A model generated the notes under the pieces. It was not told the origin of the DNA, made no database searches, and saw only the letters and a list, made by a program, of their open reading frames with translations. Both the position numbers and the translations under genes were made by a program. A stretch of DNA of 60,956 nt, taken from assembly GCA_052168235.1 (NCBI GenBank), contig JBQLZK010000046.1:1-60956 (forward strand), read 5' to 3'. This DNA comes from Thainema sp. GTDB taxonomy: Bacteria; Cyanobacteriota; Cyanobacteriia; Phormidesmidales; Phormidesmidaceae. How positions within the stretch are numbered: the stretch's first letter is position 1; the number at the start of each line of letters is the position of its first letter. This document shows positions 51,601-59,584 of this stretch, piece after piece.

Positions 51601-51733
51601 ACGATGGGCGCTCATTGCGCAGAATTTTAATCGCAACTACCTGAGAGTTGGAAACGCACTCACCCCGGTAAACCACGCTTTTGAGGCCAGCATGGAGTTG
51701 TTCGAAGATACGATATCCTGGAAGCTCAATCAT
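45671..51733 (-). CDS. Ser/Thr kinase-AAA ATPase-GAF-GGDEF-EAL protein
   Basis: HKDLKPSN, SPEQTGRMN, Walker A GYSGVGKT, LDDLQWAD, GAF, RPAD I-site plus GGDEF, FEAL, DDFGTGYSS. Confidence 0.93.
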   Translation of the reverse strand: MIELPGYRIFEQLHAGLKSVVYRGECVSNSQVVAIKILRNERPSFSDLVQFRNQFVIARLLNLPEVVQPHQLLPYGNGYALVMEHFGGVSLKEWIEHRRTSDPEPISLNEILAIALQLTEALNGLFHSRVIHKDLKPSNILIHTATQQVKLTDFSIASRLPRETTVVKTAGRMEGTLAYLSPEQTGRMNRGIDYRTDYYSLGVTLYELLTGHLPFTASTAMEMVYCHMAKQPPPIQQFNPAVPEALAAIVYKLMAKNPEDRYQSALGLKHDLEICRSQLATMGTIVPFTLGQRDISDRFLIPEKLYGREAEVAALLAAFDRVAESGQTLVESSEALVEQPVELSVMNAPSPFAAQSTAQSLDFAPASAQAERSATTRQAGDLATAAHTELILVTGYSGVGKTAVVNEVQKPIVRQRGYFIQGKFDQFNRNIPFSGFLAALRDLMGQLLSESEPQLQRWRREILQAVGHSGQLLIEVIPELEQVIGSQPPVVALAGNAAQNRFNLVFQKFLQVFAAANHPLVIFLDDLQWADLASLELINLLMGDMRCHHLLLIGAYRDHEVSAVHPLMLKLENLQQGGATVNTIKLAPLSITSLNQLVGDTLSCSLELAEPLAALIHQKTQGNPFFATQFLQALYQDQAITFEPNQGYWQCDLVRVREAALTENVVAFMAQQLQKLAPHTQTMLKLAACIGSQFDLATLAIVSEQTETETAIALWPALEMGLVLPESDIYAFYCDQAEAWNRDLPPLSAPDLTYKFLHDRIQQAAYSLIPADQKQQTHLTIGQLLLHKSSPSQRQGHLFAIVNHLNMGRALITDAAERSELAQLNLQAGQKAKAATAYRAAVDYLSQGIDLLAADPWEHQYELTLALHQEITEATYLSTDFQQMEQWAAIVLEQAHTLLETVPIYETKLLADRAQGNYLAAVQTGRQVLQTLGVEFPDLPTGSEIQHAFAETHQLWAGREPLSLLTLPPMTDSQRLAAMQIMTKLTAPTYRALPTLMPLLMTKQVEFSIRYGNCPISIFSYAGYGLSLCSMGEIEAGYGFGQLALGLLAQLQAKTAESRAGYLVHNFVSHWKDPIRTSLSAFVQAYESGLETGDLECVVLNAQAYCHYAYFAGQPLADLVTEMAAYRQTLRQFKQVSLKCLEIVQQAVLNLVGEGDTPWLLTGSVYDAISSVRFHEEHCDRTSLFHYHFNQTVLYYWFGQYEQAAQQAEQVNAYLDGGRAQFPIALFAFYTALIQLARYADLPPEQQPAIWEQIEQQEIQLRNWADFAPSNHQHRWQLIEAEKARIKGHTLEAMDAYDQAIATADRHGFLQDKGLANELAARFYLSCNRPKLAQPYMHEAYYCYAHWGAKAKVEQLERLYPELLQAILAPASLATSEQVRSALADITSSTTDTAHLDLAAVIRASQAISKELLPDQLIVTLMQLVLENAGAEKGSLILRQDEQLVVVAQCINGETCTVQKSLLEASDSLPISLIQRVSRTAEALVIDNMQAELRFAADPYIQQQAPKSVLGLPLIHKNQLMGVLYLENSLTTGAFTCDRIHVLKILCTQAAISFDNANLYKSLQATNDNLQQSLEALQLTQSQLLQATQKLQHDALHDALTNLPNRTCFMQILNHTIQVNHRHPERFYAVLFIDLDRFKNINDSLGHLIGDEFLKLAAQRLQSCVRPADVVARFGGDEFAVLLEDLSGIQDAIAVAQRIQDQFGLAFRTRDYEVFSTASIGITYSLLKYQKATHVLRDADVALYQAKARGRNQCVLFDPAMQRQVTRRLQIEGELRRAIANQEFCLYYQPIMALSTGQTRGFEALVRWQHPTRGLVSPNEFIAIAEETGLICQIGEWVMEAACQQLTRWLAQVSQPLTININLSAIQLKQSNLMERLVKILQTTQVPQEYLKIEITESCILETFTSEAQALKQLKALGIRLCIDDFGTGYSSLSRLHEFPIDTLKIDRSFVQRLNQNSLETVQMVITLAHSLNMDVVAEGIETEAELAILQQLGCELGQGYWYSPPLDTQQASAWLGIRE

Positions 51734-51875
51734 TCAATCATTGCCGCCAATTGTAGTCAGAGCTCTTTAGTATTATTTACCTACTGAATATAGCGGCTTG
51801 TTTGTGGGACTTCAGTGATATCGGTCTCTATTGATCCTCTATTTAGCGCCAAATTGGAGAATTGGTGGTGAGCGT

Positions 51876-52640
51876 TTATGCCACGTCTAGGCCGATATCA
51901 AAGGTGCTAATATAGCCCTCCTCAGTCGGAGTGAGCTGCAGTGTAAGCTGATCGCCACCGTCTTGGAAAATGCGATCGCGGTTATTTTTAGTATCTTGCT
52001 GTCCCCGATTGTTGTAGGGAGCCTGCGCATAAACCTGATCGCTGAGAGCATCGTCAAAGTAAAGCTGCGATGTAAACTCGAAGCCCTGCTGAGCCGCTGC
52101 ATCACCGCGAATTTTGAAATGGATATGAGCGGTTCGTCCCCGATACCACCCTGGATAGATCGTCACAAATTCAACGGTGCCGTTTGTATCCGTCACCTGC
52201 GAACCGCGCAAAAACGTCTGGCCGACCGTATCGAAACTGCGATCGCGCACATCAGAATACATACCCTCCGCGTCGCAGTGCCAAATATCGACGACGGCTT
52301 CTGGCAGGGGGCTGCAAGCACCCGCATTCACTTGAGATACCCGCAGAACTAGCTTGAGCGGAACGCCCGCTTTACCTGCTCGGATATCGGAGCGGTTCAG
52401 AGCCTCGTCTACAAAATAGGGGCCTTCTGTTTGCTGAGGTTTAACCACACAGGTAGGCAAATCTGTTGCCTGCGCTACGGTCTGGGACTCAGTTTGGGCA
52501 ATGGCAGGTTGTGGGGCAGTGGACTGCTGACGCTGGCAGCCAAGCAGCGATACAACGGCAGTTCCACTGATGAAGCCCAACATTTTTCGGCGCTTGATCG
52601 TAGAGAAAGTAGAACCGACTGAACCGTGATTCTTGTTCAT
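51876..52640 (-). CDS. Intradiol ring-cleavage dioxygenase family protein, Tat/lipoprotein-like
   Basis: KRRKMLG...LLGC; TEGPYF, VDIWHCDAEG.YS, YPGWY.GR..HIHFK. Confidence 0.88.
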   Translation of the reverse strand: MNKNHGSVGSTFSTIKRRKMLGFISGTAVVSLLGCQRQQSTAPQPAIAQTESQTVAQATDLPTCVVKPQQTEGPYFVDEALNRSDIRAGKAGVPLKLVLRVSQVNAGACSPLPEAVVDIWHCDAEGMYSDVRDRSFDTVGQTFLRGSQVTDTNGTVEFVTIYPGWYRGRTAHIHFKIRGDAAAQQGFEFTSQLYFDDALSDQVYAQAPYNNRGQQDTKNNRDRIFQDGGDQLTLQLTPTEEGYISTFDIGLDVA

Positions 52641-52787
52641 AGGGGCTAAATTTCTGATGAATAAGCTTTTCAGCTGTGTGAACTGTTCAAGCTTAGAAAA
52701 TGCACCCCCCGATTGGGAGGCGGCAAAAGTCACGATCGCACCCATGACTTTGGTCATCATCTCTTGTCTTGTGCTGCTCATTGATTG

Positions 52788-52880
52788 TATAGCGGTTCTA
52801 GATAAGAACGAGAGAGGAGAGTGCCTCATCCTGAGGCACTCTCCTCTCTCGCTCTCTCACTCTTAACTGGAATCACTATA
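52788..52880. mobile_element. TA-flanked hairpin MITE, copy 2
   Basis: TATAGCGGTTCTAGATAAGAACGAGAGAGG...CTGGAATCACTATA; inverted homologue of 20534-20626. Confidence 0.8.
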
Positions 52881-52921
52881 TAAGGAACTTGCTATCGGTC
52901 ACTATATAGCTATATAGCTGA

Positions 52922-53164
52922 TTAAACATGCTTGGCCAAGTTGCAACAATGCCTGGTTTGCCACAGTTCTCGTAGTATCTCATCAACACCAGTCGGAAAC
53001 GGATTCGGGCCACAGTCGAACACTTGCAACGATATGACGTTCAACTGATTGGGGCCAATCACTGCACTGGCCCACAAGCGATCAGTGCGCTGTAGCAAAC
53101 ATTTAGCGATCGCACATTTGATGCCCGCGTCGGTACTCGGTTCAAATTTGGCCACCTGACTCAT
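52922..53164 (-). CDS. Small hypothetical protein
   Basis: ATG-initiated 80-aa ORF containing HIP1; no recognised motif. Confidence 0.4.
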   Translation of the reverse strand: MSQVAKFEPSTDAGIKCAIAKCLLQRTDRLWASAVIGPNQLNVISLQVFDCGPNPFPTGVDEILRELWQTRHCCNLAKHV

Positions 53165-53413
53165 TGTTCATTTCATCAAGCTTGATTTACGATGCGTAGC
53201 ATTCTTGTCCCCCGAACGTTTGAGCATCAGACGGTGCCCTCGTACTTCGGCTCACTGCGCTAAGCATACCGATGCGAAATGTAGAGCAGCTTTAAACTAT
53301 ACTTAACTTTCTTCAAAGAATTAACATCTAAATTCCATTGGTATTTATATATACTTTTATCTATACACTTAATTGATTTATGCCGATCAAGCGATTTTGC
53401 TGGAACGACCCAT

Positions 53414-53713
53414 ATGTCTAAACTTCGTATTCTTTCCTGCTCTGCCATTAGTGAATTCAACTTCTTTGCTGATGGAGTGATTTATCGGGGAGCCGTTACG
53501 TCAGATGGGCTGTATAAGTTGATTGCAGAGTATTCATCAGGTGAGCAAGCCAAAGCTTGTGCCCTCGCTTGCGCGCTTGGAGATCTGGGGCATCACTCCA
53601 TCGTTTCAGTGGAGTGGGATGGAGTGCAAAAAGTATGGGCTGAAGTCCGTTCGCTGATTGATCCAGTTCCCCTCATGCGCTTAAACATGTTGTCTTCATG
53701 CTACGCAACATAA
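53414..53713 (+). CDS. Hypothetical protein
   Basis: FNFF.DG.IY.G....LYKLI.EY...KVWAEVRS resembles a small cyanobacterial family. Confidence 0.6.
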   Translation: MSKLRILSCSAISEFNFFADGVIYRGAVTSDGLYKLIAEYSSGEQAKACALACALGDLGHHSIVSVEWDGVQKVWAEVRSLIDPVPLMRLNMLSSCYAT

Positions 53714-53804
53714 ATTTTGCAATTGGGTGTGGGCACAATGAAACCAGAAGAAAGTTTGGACATCCGCTCGCCGCTGCGTGCCATGTGGCGGGCTTTTTTC
53801 TGGC

Positions 53805-53895
53805 AAAAAAACACCCATCATATGATGGGTGCCACTGGGTTTCGGTGCAAGATGGGAGTTAATATCAAGTCTGCGTGTAAGAACCCAATTTTTTT
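53805..53895 (-). ncRNA. Candidate small RNA (possibly PsrR1-like)
   Basis: Minus strand reads ...TAACTCCCATCTTGCACCGAAACCCAGTGG-CACCCATCA-TA-TGATGGGTG-TTTTTTT, i.e. a terminator preceded by a GAAACCC motif. The resemblance to PsrR1 is from memory only. Confidence 0.4.
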
Positions 53896-53979
53896 GTGAA
53901 ATGCTTACAGAGCAAGCGTTTTACAAAAAAACAAATTATGGGTTTCAACCGAACTTGATATAAGTCAGGCAGCGAGGAA

Positions 53980-54195
53980 TTACACCAGGCTGAGCGATGG
54001 GGCTGCTGTATAGCGCTTACCCATAAATCGCATGGTGCGCCAATTGGGATGATCCAAAGTAGCGGCTTTGAATTCGTACCGCTTAGCAGTGGTCGTAACT
54101 CCGCGATAGGTAACGGACATGTCTTGCTCGGCAATGATGGTTGGCAGAACGACAGAAGAGGATTGGTAAGCTTGGCCGCGATAGGTGAGTTGCAT
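53980..54195 (-). CDS. DUF4278 domain protein
   Basis: MQLTYRGQAY...TYRGV...MRFMGKRY; AAGGAG RBS. Confidence 0.85.
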   Translation of the reverse strand: MQLTYRGQAYQSSSVVLPTIIAEQDMSVTYRGVTTTAKRYEFKAATLDHPNWRTMRFMGKRYTAAPSLSLV

Positions 54196-54502
54196 AGTGG
54201 GGGCTCCTTGAAGAAATTGAAGAAATCAGTTGTTTACTTTGCTTTGATATCTATCGTGCCCGGATAGTCTGAACGGCCTCTAAACCTGATCTGAAGGTTG
54301 CTTAAGGTATAGATGAGAAACCTGAGCGCTGTTCTCAGCCAAAATTCAGAAATAACATCAGAAATGACAAAAGCTGTGAGCAGATGCGATCGCACCTTTG
54401 GCATTTGGTAAAAAGATCGCTATGTTTTACGCCTACTGCTTGCCACAATGCCCCCAATCAGGGAATATTTCTATTTATCTTTATAGAGTTGGTTGTTGTT
54501 CC

Positions 54503-54715
54503 ATGAAATTTAGCCAATGGCTAGTTGAAACGTTGAAGGCTAGAGAAATCACTCAAGCTGAGCTAGCACGAAGAATTGGAATTACGAAAGCGGCTGTTAA
54601 TCGCTGGACGCTAGGGCTGTCAGTGCCGACACTCAAAATCCATGAAATGAATCGACTGTGCGATGCGCTCGGTTGCGATCTGGAAGAAATTGCTCAGGTT
54701 GTCGATGAAGATTAA
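54503..54715 (+). CDS. XRE-family helix-turn-helix regulator
   Basis: ITQAELARRIGITKAAVNRW...LCDALGC. Confidence 0.85.
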   Translation: MKFSQWLVETLKAREITQAELARRIGITKAAVNRWTLGLSVPTLKIHEMNRLCDALGCDLEEIAQVVDED

Positions 54716-54884
54716 CCTGCGCGACAGCAAATTTTGTAGGGAACCGTGGCGTGTGATACGGACGTAGTTATTTGCTGGTCGTTATTCGTTGGTTACTCGG
54801 TGGTCGTAAAGTCAGTCGTGATTCGGATTGCTGTCTGACTTCACACCACGCGAGCGGCAGATGATAACGTTGTGAGGTTGGTTT

Positions 54885-55868
54885 ATGCCAATGGAGACGC
54901 AGGGTAATATTCCGCTGATTGACTTTTCGCCGTTTTTGGCGGATGACCCGGCTGGGCAGCAGCGAGTTGCCGCAGAGATTTATCGTGCTGGTCGTGACGT
55001 TGGATTTCTGTATTTAACCCATCACGGCATTCCGCAATCCGCGATTGAGCAAGCCTTTGACCAGTCAAAGCAGTTTTTTGCGCTGCCACTGGCCGAAAAG
55101 CAGCAGATTGCTTGGTCAAGTGAGGTTAGCAATCGGGGCTACGTCGGTATTGAGCGGGAACGTCTGGACGAAACCCAACCTGGAGACCTGAAAGAAGCCT
55201 TTAATATGGGTCGAGAGGTGACGCCAGAGGAGGCCGAGACCACTGGAGCTGAGTTGGTGCTGAATCGCTGGCCAGAGAAGCAAGACAGATTTCGAGCTGT
55301 CATGACTGAGTTTTTTGACAGTTGTGCAGCGGGAGTGGAACGGATCTTTCGCGCCTTTGCGATCGCGCTTTCGATGTCTGCCGAGTTCATGGTCGAGAAG
55401 CACGCTACCCATAATTACACGCTGCGGCTGCTGCACTATCCCCCCCTTGCTGCGCCGCCCAAACCCAGACAGATTCGGGCCGGAGCGCATTCTGATTACG
55501 GCACACTAACCCTACTATTTCAGGACGATGTGGGTGGACTGGAGGTTTTGAACAGCCAGGGTGAGTGGATTTCTGCGCCGTCGGTGCCCGGTGCGATTCT
55601 GATCAATACGGGGGATTTAATGGAGCGCTGGAGCAATGATGTATTTCGCTCCACTAAGCATCGGGTTGGCCTACCATCCGCAGAAAAGGCGATGTGCGAT
55701 CGCTACTCCATTGCCTTCTTCTGTCAGCCGGATGCAGAGGCGGAAATCGTTTGCTTGCCCACCTGTCAGAGTGAGGATAATCCGCCCAAGTATCCACCCG
55801 TAAAGTCAGGCGATTATTTGCTCAGCCGTTTACAGGCCACTTATAAAGTTCAGGTGTTCACCAGGTAA
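54885..55868 (+). CDS. Isopenicillin N synthase-family 2OG-Fe(II) oxygenase
   Basis: IPLIDF, GFLYL..HGI, HSD...H facial triad, RYS motif. Confidence 0.92.
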   Translation: MPMETQGNIPLIDFSPFLADDPAGQQRVAAEIYRAGRDVGFLYLTHHGIPQSAIEQAFDQSKQFFALPLAEKQQIAWSSEVSNRGYVGIERERLDETQPGDLKEAFNMGREVTPEEAETTGAELVLNRWPEKQDRFRAVMTEFFDSCAAGVERIFRAFAIALSMSAEFMVEKHATHNYTLRLLHYPPLAAPPKPRQIRAGAHSDYGTLTLLFQDDVGGLEVLNSQGEWISAPSVPGAILINTGDLMERWSNDVFRSTKHRVGLPSAEKAMCDRYSIAFFCQPDAEAEIVCLPTCQSEDNPPKYPPVKSGDYLLSRLQATYKVQVFTR

Positions 55869-57977
55869 CTGACTTAATTCTGCTGGAGTCCCCGTGAGCT
55901 TTAGTTCGCCATGTTCAAGCAGCACAATCCAGTCGGCTCGCTGAATGACGCGGGGCCGATGGCTGATCATCAGGGTGGTTTTGCCCTGGCGATGCTGCAA
56001 AAGCTGATTGAGTACTTGCGTTTCGCTAATCGGATCGAGTGCGCCCGTCGATTCATCCAGGATCAGAATCGGTGGATCGGTGACAATGGCACGTGCGATC
56101 GCAAGTCGCTGTTTTTGTCCGCCCGATAAATTAGCGCCAAATTCACCCAGGACGGTTTGATATTTATCCGGTAGCTGGCTGATAAACTCGTCCGCTCCGG
56201 CAATTTGGCAGGCGGTGACAATCTGCTCGAAGCTGGCGTAGGGATAGCTGAGCCGGAAGTTTTCCAGAATGGAACGGCTCCAGAAATGCGGCTCCTGCGG
56301 CACCAGTACGACCTGCTGGCGCAGACAATCCAGCGCTAGATCGGCCTGGTTATACAGACCAAAGCGAATATTACCGGACTGGAGCGGATACAAGCTGGCA
56401 ATCAGTTTCGCCAGCGTACTCTTGCCGCAGCCAGACTTACCAATCAGCGCCGTCACCTGACCGCCCGGAATCGTCAAGGAAAAATCCTTCAGTAAATTCA
56501 CCCGTCCCGCATGGTGAAAGTTCAAGTCAGTGCAGACAATATCAGCATCGGCGGCCAGATCGGCCCAGGGTTTAGGGCTATCCTCGGCCACTTCTGGCGT
56601 CGCGTCAATGATATCGCCCAGTCGCTGCATGGCGGTTTTGGCGCGGGCAAACTCATCGACAAAGTTAATCACTGTATTGGTGAACAGCGTGAAGTTGCGA
56701 TACAGGGCATTAAACGCCAAAAGCTGGCCAATCGTGAGCGTCTGCTGAATCACCAGCCAACCGCCAAACCAGAGAATTGCGATCGCACCTACACCCGACA
56801 CTAAGTTGGACGTTACCCCGTTGAGAATCCCAATTTGCACAGTACGAAACGTAACATTGGCTAAGCGCCCAAAGCGTCCCTGTAGCTCATCCCAAGCCTG
56901 TGGTGCGGCGTGGGTGGTTTTCAAGGTCAGTGCCCCCTTAAACGTTTCCACCAAAATGCCCTGATTTTCCGATTCGGTGACGAGGACATCACGGGTCTTG
57001 CGCTGGAGCGTGGGCAGCAGCAGCAGCGTCGGCAGCGAGACAAAAAAGACAATAGCCAGAGCCGCCAGTGTCAACCGCCAGCTATACACCAGCATGATGA
57101 CGAGGGACACCAGCGCAATAAACGTTTCACTCGGTAGGCTAACCACCACCTGCGACACCAGCAGATTCACCTCGCGAATATCCCGCAGCCGACTGACAAT
57201 TTCACCGCTGCGATGGGATTCGTAGTAGCCCAATGGCAAGCGCAGCATCTGACGGCCAAAATCCAGCACCAGTCCCAACTCCAGCCGCTGAGCAAAGTGA
57301 GCAATCAGATTGGACTGGATGGCGCGCAGCACACTGCTAAAGGTAATAAGTGCGATCGCACCTACAGCTACCCTCGTAAGTAGCCGCACATCCCCCTGCA
57401 CCAGCACCTCATCGGTTAGAATCTGCACCACCAGCGGCAGCGCCAGGGAAAGCAGTCCCACAACAAGGTTCAGCAACAGCGCTTCGCCTAAAACACTGCG
57501 ATACGACCAAGCTCGCCGCAGAAAGCGCGTAAAGCCTTTAATCCGATCGCTGGGCTGACTATAAAAGCGCCCCTCATCTGGCACCAACAGCAGCATGACG
57601 CCATTTGCCCAGGCTTCAGTCAATTCCTGGCGCGACAGGTAGCGGATGCCCACGCCCGGATCGGCCACCACATAGCGCTTGCCTTTTCGCCCATGCAGCA
57701 CGACCCAGTGATAGCCTTTCCAGTGGATAACGGCGGGCAAGGGAGCTTCTTCGAGCCGATCAATTAGTTCGGGTGACGCTTTGACCGGACGAGCATCAAA
57801 GCCCAGGCTTTCTGCGCCGCGTCGCAGTCCCAGCAGGGTTGTGCCGAGCTGCCCTGTGCCAACAGCTTCCCGAATGCGGCTAATTGAAAGTGTGCGTCCA
57901 TAGTGCTTAGCGATTGTGGCTAAACAGGCTGCGCCACAGTCTTCTTCACTATGTTGCTGGACACACGTGTATCTCAT
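55830..57977 (-). CDS. C39 peptidase-containing ABC transporter (PCAT)
   Basis: QHSEEDCGAACL, HWVV and ADP catalytic residues; ABC TMD; GKSGCGKS, LSGGQ, LILDE. Confidence 0.95.
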   Translation of the reverse strand: MRYTCVQQHSEEDCGAACLATIAKHYGRTLSISRIREAVGTGQLGTTLLGLRRGAESLGFDARPVKASPELIDRLEEAPLPAVIHWKGYHWVVLHGRKGKRYVVADPGVGIRYLSRQELTEAWANGVMLLLVPDEGRFYSQPSDRIKGFTRFLRRAWSYRSVLGEALLLNLVVGLLSLALPLVVQILTDEVLVQGDVRLLTRVAVGAIALITFSSVLRAIQSNLIAHFAQRLELGLVLDFGRQMLRLPLGYYESHRSGEIVSRLRDIREVNLLVSQVVVSLPSETFIALVSLVIMLVYSWRLTLAALAIVFFVSLPTLLLLPTLQRKTRDVLVTESENQGILVETFKGALTLKTTHAAPQAWDELQGRFGRLANVTFRTVQIGILNGVTSNLVSGVGAIAILWFGGWLVIQQTLTIGQLLAFNALYRNFTLFTNTVINFVDEFARAKTAMQRLGDIIDATPEVAEDSPKPWADLAADADIVCTDLNFHHAGRVNLLKDFSLTIPGGQVTALIGKSGCGKSTLAKLIASLYPLQSGNIRFGLYNQADLALDCLRQQVVLVPQEPHFWSRSILENFRLSYPYASFEQIVTACQIAGADEFISQLPDKYQTVLGEFGANLSGGQKQRLAIARAIVTDPPILILDESTGALDPISETQVLNQLLQHRQGKTTLMISHRPRVIQRADWIVLLEHGELKLTGTPAELSQLPGEHLNFISGL

Positions 57978-58062
57978 TGATTTGCTGGCATTGGCTTATT
58001 TGATTAAAGACTACAGCAAAGTTACTTATTCCCTTCATCTGCATAAAAATGCAACAAAAAAT

Positions 58063-58100
58063 AAAGCTTCGAGATCTTTTATCAGACCACCGAAGCTTTA
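58063..58100 (-). terminator. Hairpin between the peptide genes and the PCAT
   Basis: AAAGCTTCG...CGAAGCTTT stem followed by a T-rich tract on the minus strand. Confidence 0.5.
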
Positions 58101-58129
58101 CTTTTCAGCCTAAAATACTTTTACTTAGG

Positions 58130-58282
58130 TCATCGAGCATCAAGCGCTCCTTTGACAAGAATCAACCGCCATATAGGTGATGTTCCAATTCCACTTCCTT
58201 GAAATTGCTCTTGTTGATTGTCCTCTAGTTCTTTCCACAGTTTTTTTGACTTCAATTCAACTTTATCTTTTCTAGTATTCAT
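58130..58282 (-). CDS. Double-glycine-type precursor peptide B (50 aa)
   Basis: AGGAG RBS; leader ...LWKELEDNQQEQFQGS, core GIGTSPIWRLILVKGALDAR. Confidence 0.7.
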   Translation of the reverse strand: MNTRKDKVELKSKKLWKELEDNQQEQFQGSGIGTSPIWRLILVKGALDAR

Positions 58283-58353
58283 GTTTTTCTCCTGGTTTAA
58301 ACTATGCGTCAATTTCTGAATTAATCTTGATCAAAGTAAAGGAGCCTAACCCT

Positions 58354-58560
58354 TTACAAAAGAATATGCTCTCTCGTCACTACTGAAGCTTCGCCTGCTA
58401 GCTTAGGCTTATAGTCAGGAACTTTGACCGACATGAACGATATCAATCCACCAGATAAATTTTCTGCTTTCTGTATACCAATCTCTGAAAATAGTTTAGA
58501 TGGTAGTTCTTTGAGAGACGGCCTGGAAATAGCTCGTTTCATGGCTTGCTCCATATACAT
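58354..58560 (-). CDS. Double-glycine-type precursor peptide A
   Basis: Leader ...LFSEIGIQKAENLSGG, core LISFMSVKVPDYKPKLAGEASVVTREHILL. Start codon uncertain. Confidence 0.7.
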   Translation of the reverse strand: MYMEQAMKRAISRPSLKELPSKLFSEIGIQKAENLSGGLISFMSVKVPDYKPKLAGEASVVTREHILL

Positions 58561-58602
58561 CTATATGTACTAAATTTATAATCTTGAAAAAGGGAAGAAA
58601 TA

Positions 58603-58668
58603 TCTTGCAAGTTCTTGTAGATTTTGCGAGTTGTTGCTGCTGTTGATACATTTCTTGAAGATTATTGC
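58603..58668 (-). promoter_or_regulatory. Tandem boxes upstream of precursor A (putative AraC sites)
   Basis: GCAATAATCTTCAAGA (58653-58668), GCAACAACTCGCAAAA (58622-58637), ACAAGAACTTGCAAGA (58603-58618); the last two are 19 bp apart. Confidence 0.55.
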
Positions 58669-59552
58669 GATCGCAAAAACTGTCTTGGCGTAAGACCCGT
58701 TGTTTTCTTGAAATGGTAGTTTAAGTGGCTCTGATGGGAGAACCCGCTGGCGAGAGCGATTTCGCTAATACTCAGTTTTCCTTCTTGCAGTAGCTGCTTG
58801 GCATAATTCACTCTTTGCTGAATAACGTACTGATAAGGGCTAATTCCCATAGATTGCTTAAACAAGTGACAAAAATAATACCGACTAACTCCTAACTGAT
58901 CTGCGATCGCTTCTAGTGATATGCTCTCATTTAAATGAGCCTGAATATAGTCGATCGCTGTTTGTAGCTTTGATTGCGATAAACCATCAGGATAGATTGA
59001 AATGATTTTCTGTTTGGTAGAGTAATGGCGTAGCAGATGAATACTTAGAAGGGTTGCAACAGCCTCGGCATATAAGCCACTGCCAGTTGGATTGATGGTC
59101 AGTTCTTGGATAAGAGCCAATACTATTTGGTAAATGAGTGGATCAGATTTACCAAAATATGATGTGAGTTCAACTTTATCTGGATCTAATTTTTCATAGG
59201 CAACGTGATGGACATATTCAGGTTCGAGGACTAAATGAATCGTTTCCATCTCTTGTTGCCAGCGATATTGGCGATACATCCCACTAGGAGCAAAGGAAAT
59301 ATCACCAGGGCAAAACTCAGCTGTCTGAATTTTACCTGCCATGATTTCTTCAATCTTGCACCCTTTAGGAAGCGTTATGAGGTGCTGAAGAACGGTACAC
59401 TCCGGTGTTTCAAACGGGGGATGACGATAAACTTCGAGTTTGATTCCGCGCCAATGGCTTTGATGGCTTGAGAGTAAGCACGATCTATCCAGCACACGAG
59501 AGAGTTCCTGTTCGTGGGTGAAATCAAGTTTTAACAGATCTTTGTCGGCCAC
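58662..59552 (-). CDS. AraC-family transcriptional regulator
   Basis: C-terminal double HTH (SRYYFCHLFKQSMG.SPYQY...GFSHQSHLNYHFK); GTG start. Confidence 0.95.
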   Translation of the reverse strand: MADKDLLKLDFTHEQELSRVLDRSCLLSSHQSHWRGIKLEVYRHPPFETPECTVLQHLITLPKGCKIEEIMAGKIQTAEFCPGDISFAPSGMYRQYRWQQEMETIHLVLEPEYVHHVAYEKLDPDKVELTSYFGKSDPLIYQIVLALIQELTINPTGSGLYAEAVATLLSIHLLRHYSTKQKIISIYPDGLSQSKLQTAIDYIQAHLNESISLEAIADQLGVSRYYFCHLFKQSMGISPYQYVIQQRVNYAKQLLQEGKLSISEIALASGFSHQSHLNYHFKKTTGLTPRQFLRSQ

Positions 59553-59584
59553 CGTTGGATTCCACTATTGGAAAAGCGCATACG

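Noticed and set aside
52641..52829. N-terminal 63-aa extension of the dioxygenase ORF
   Set aside because: It starts inside a MITE; the Tat-like signal implies a start near 52640.
54196..54400. Glutamine riboswitch upstream of the DUF4278 gene
   Set aside because: Such genes can carry one, but I could not find the conserved glnA-motif sequence here.
54885..55868. 2OG-Fe(II) oxygenase as a tailoring enzyme for the peptides
   Set aside because: It is convergent with the cluster, belongs to the small-molecule IPNS-like family, and abuts an apparent deletion junction; the linkage is likely incidental.
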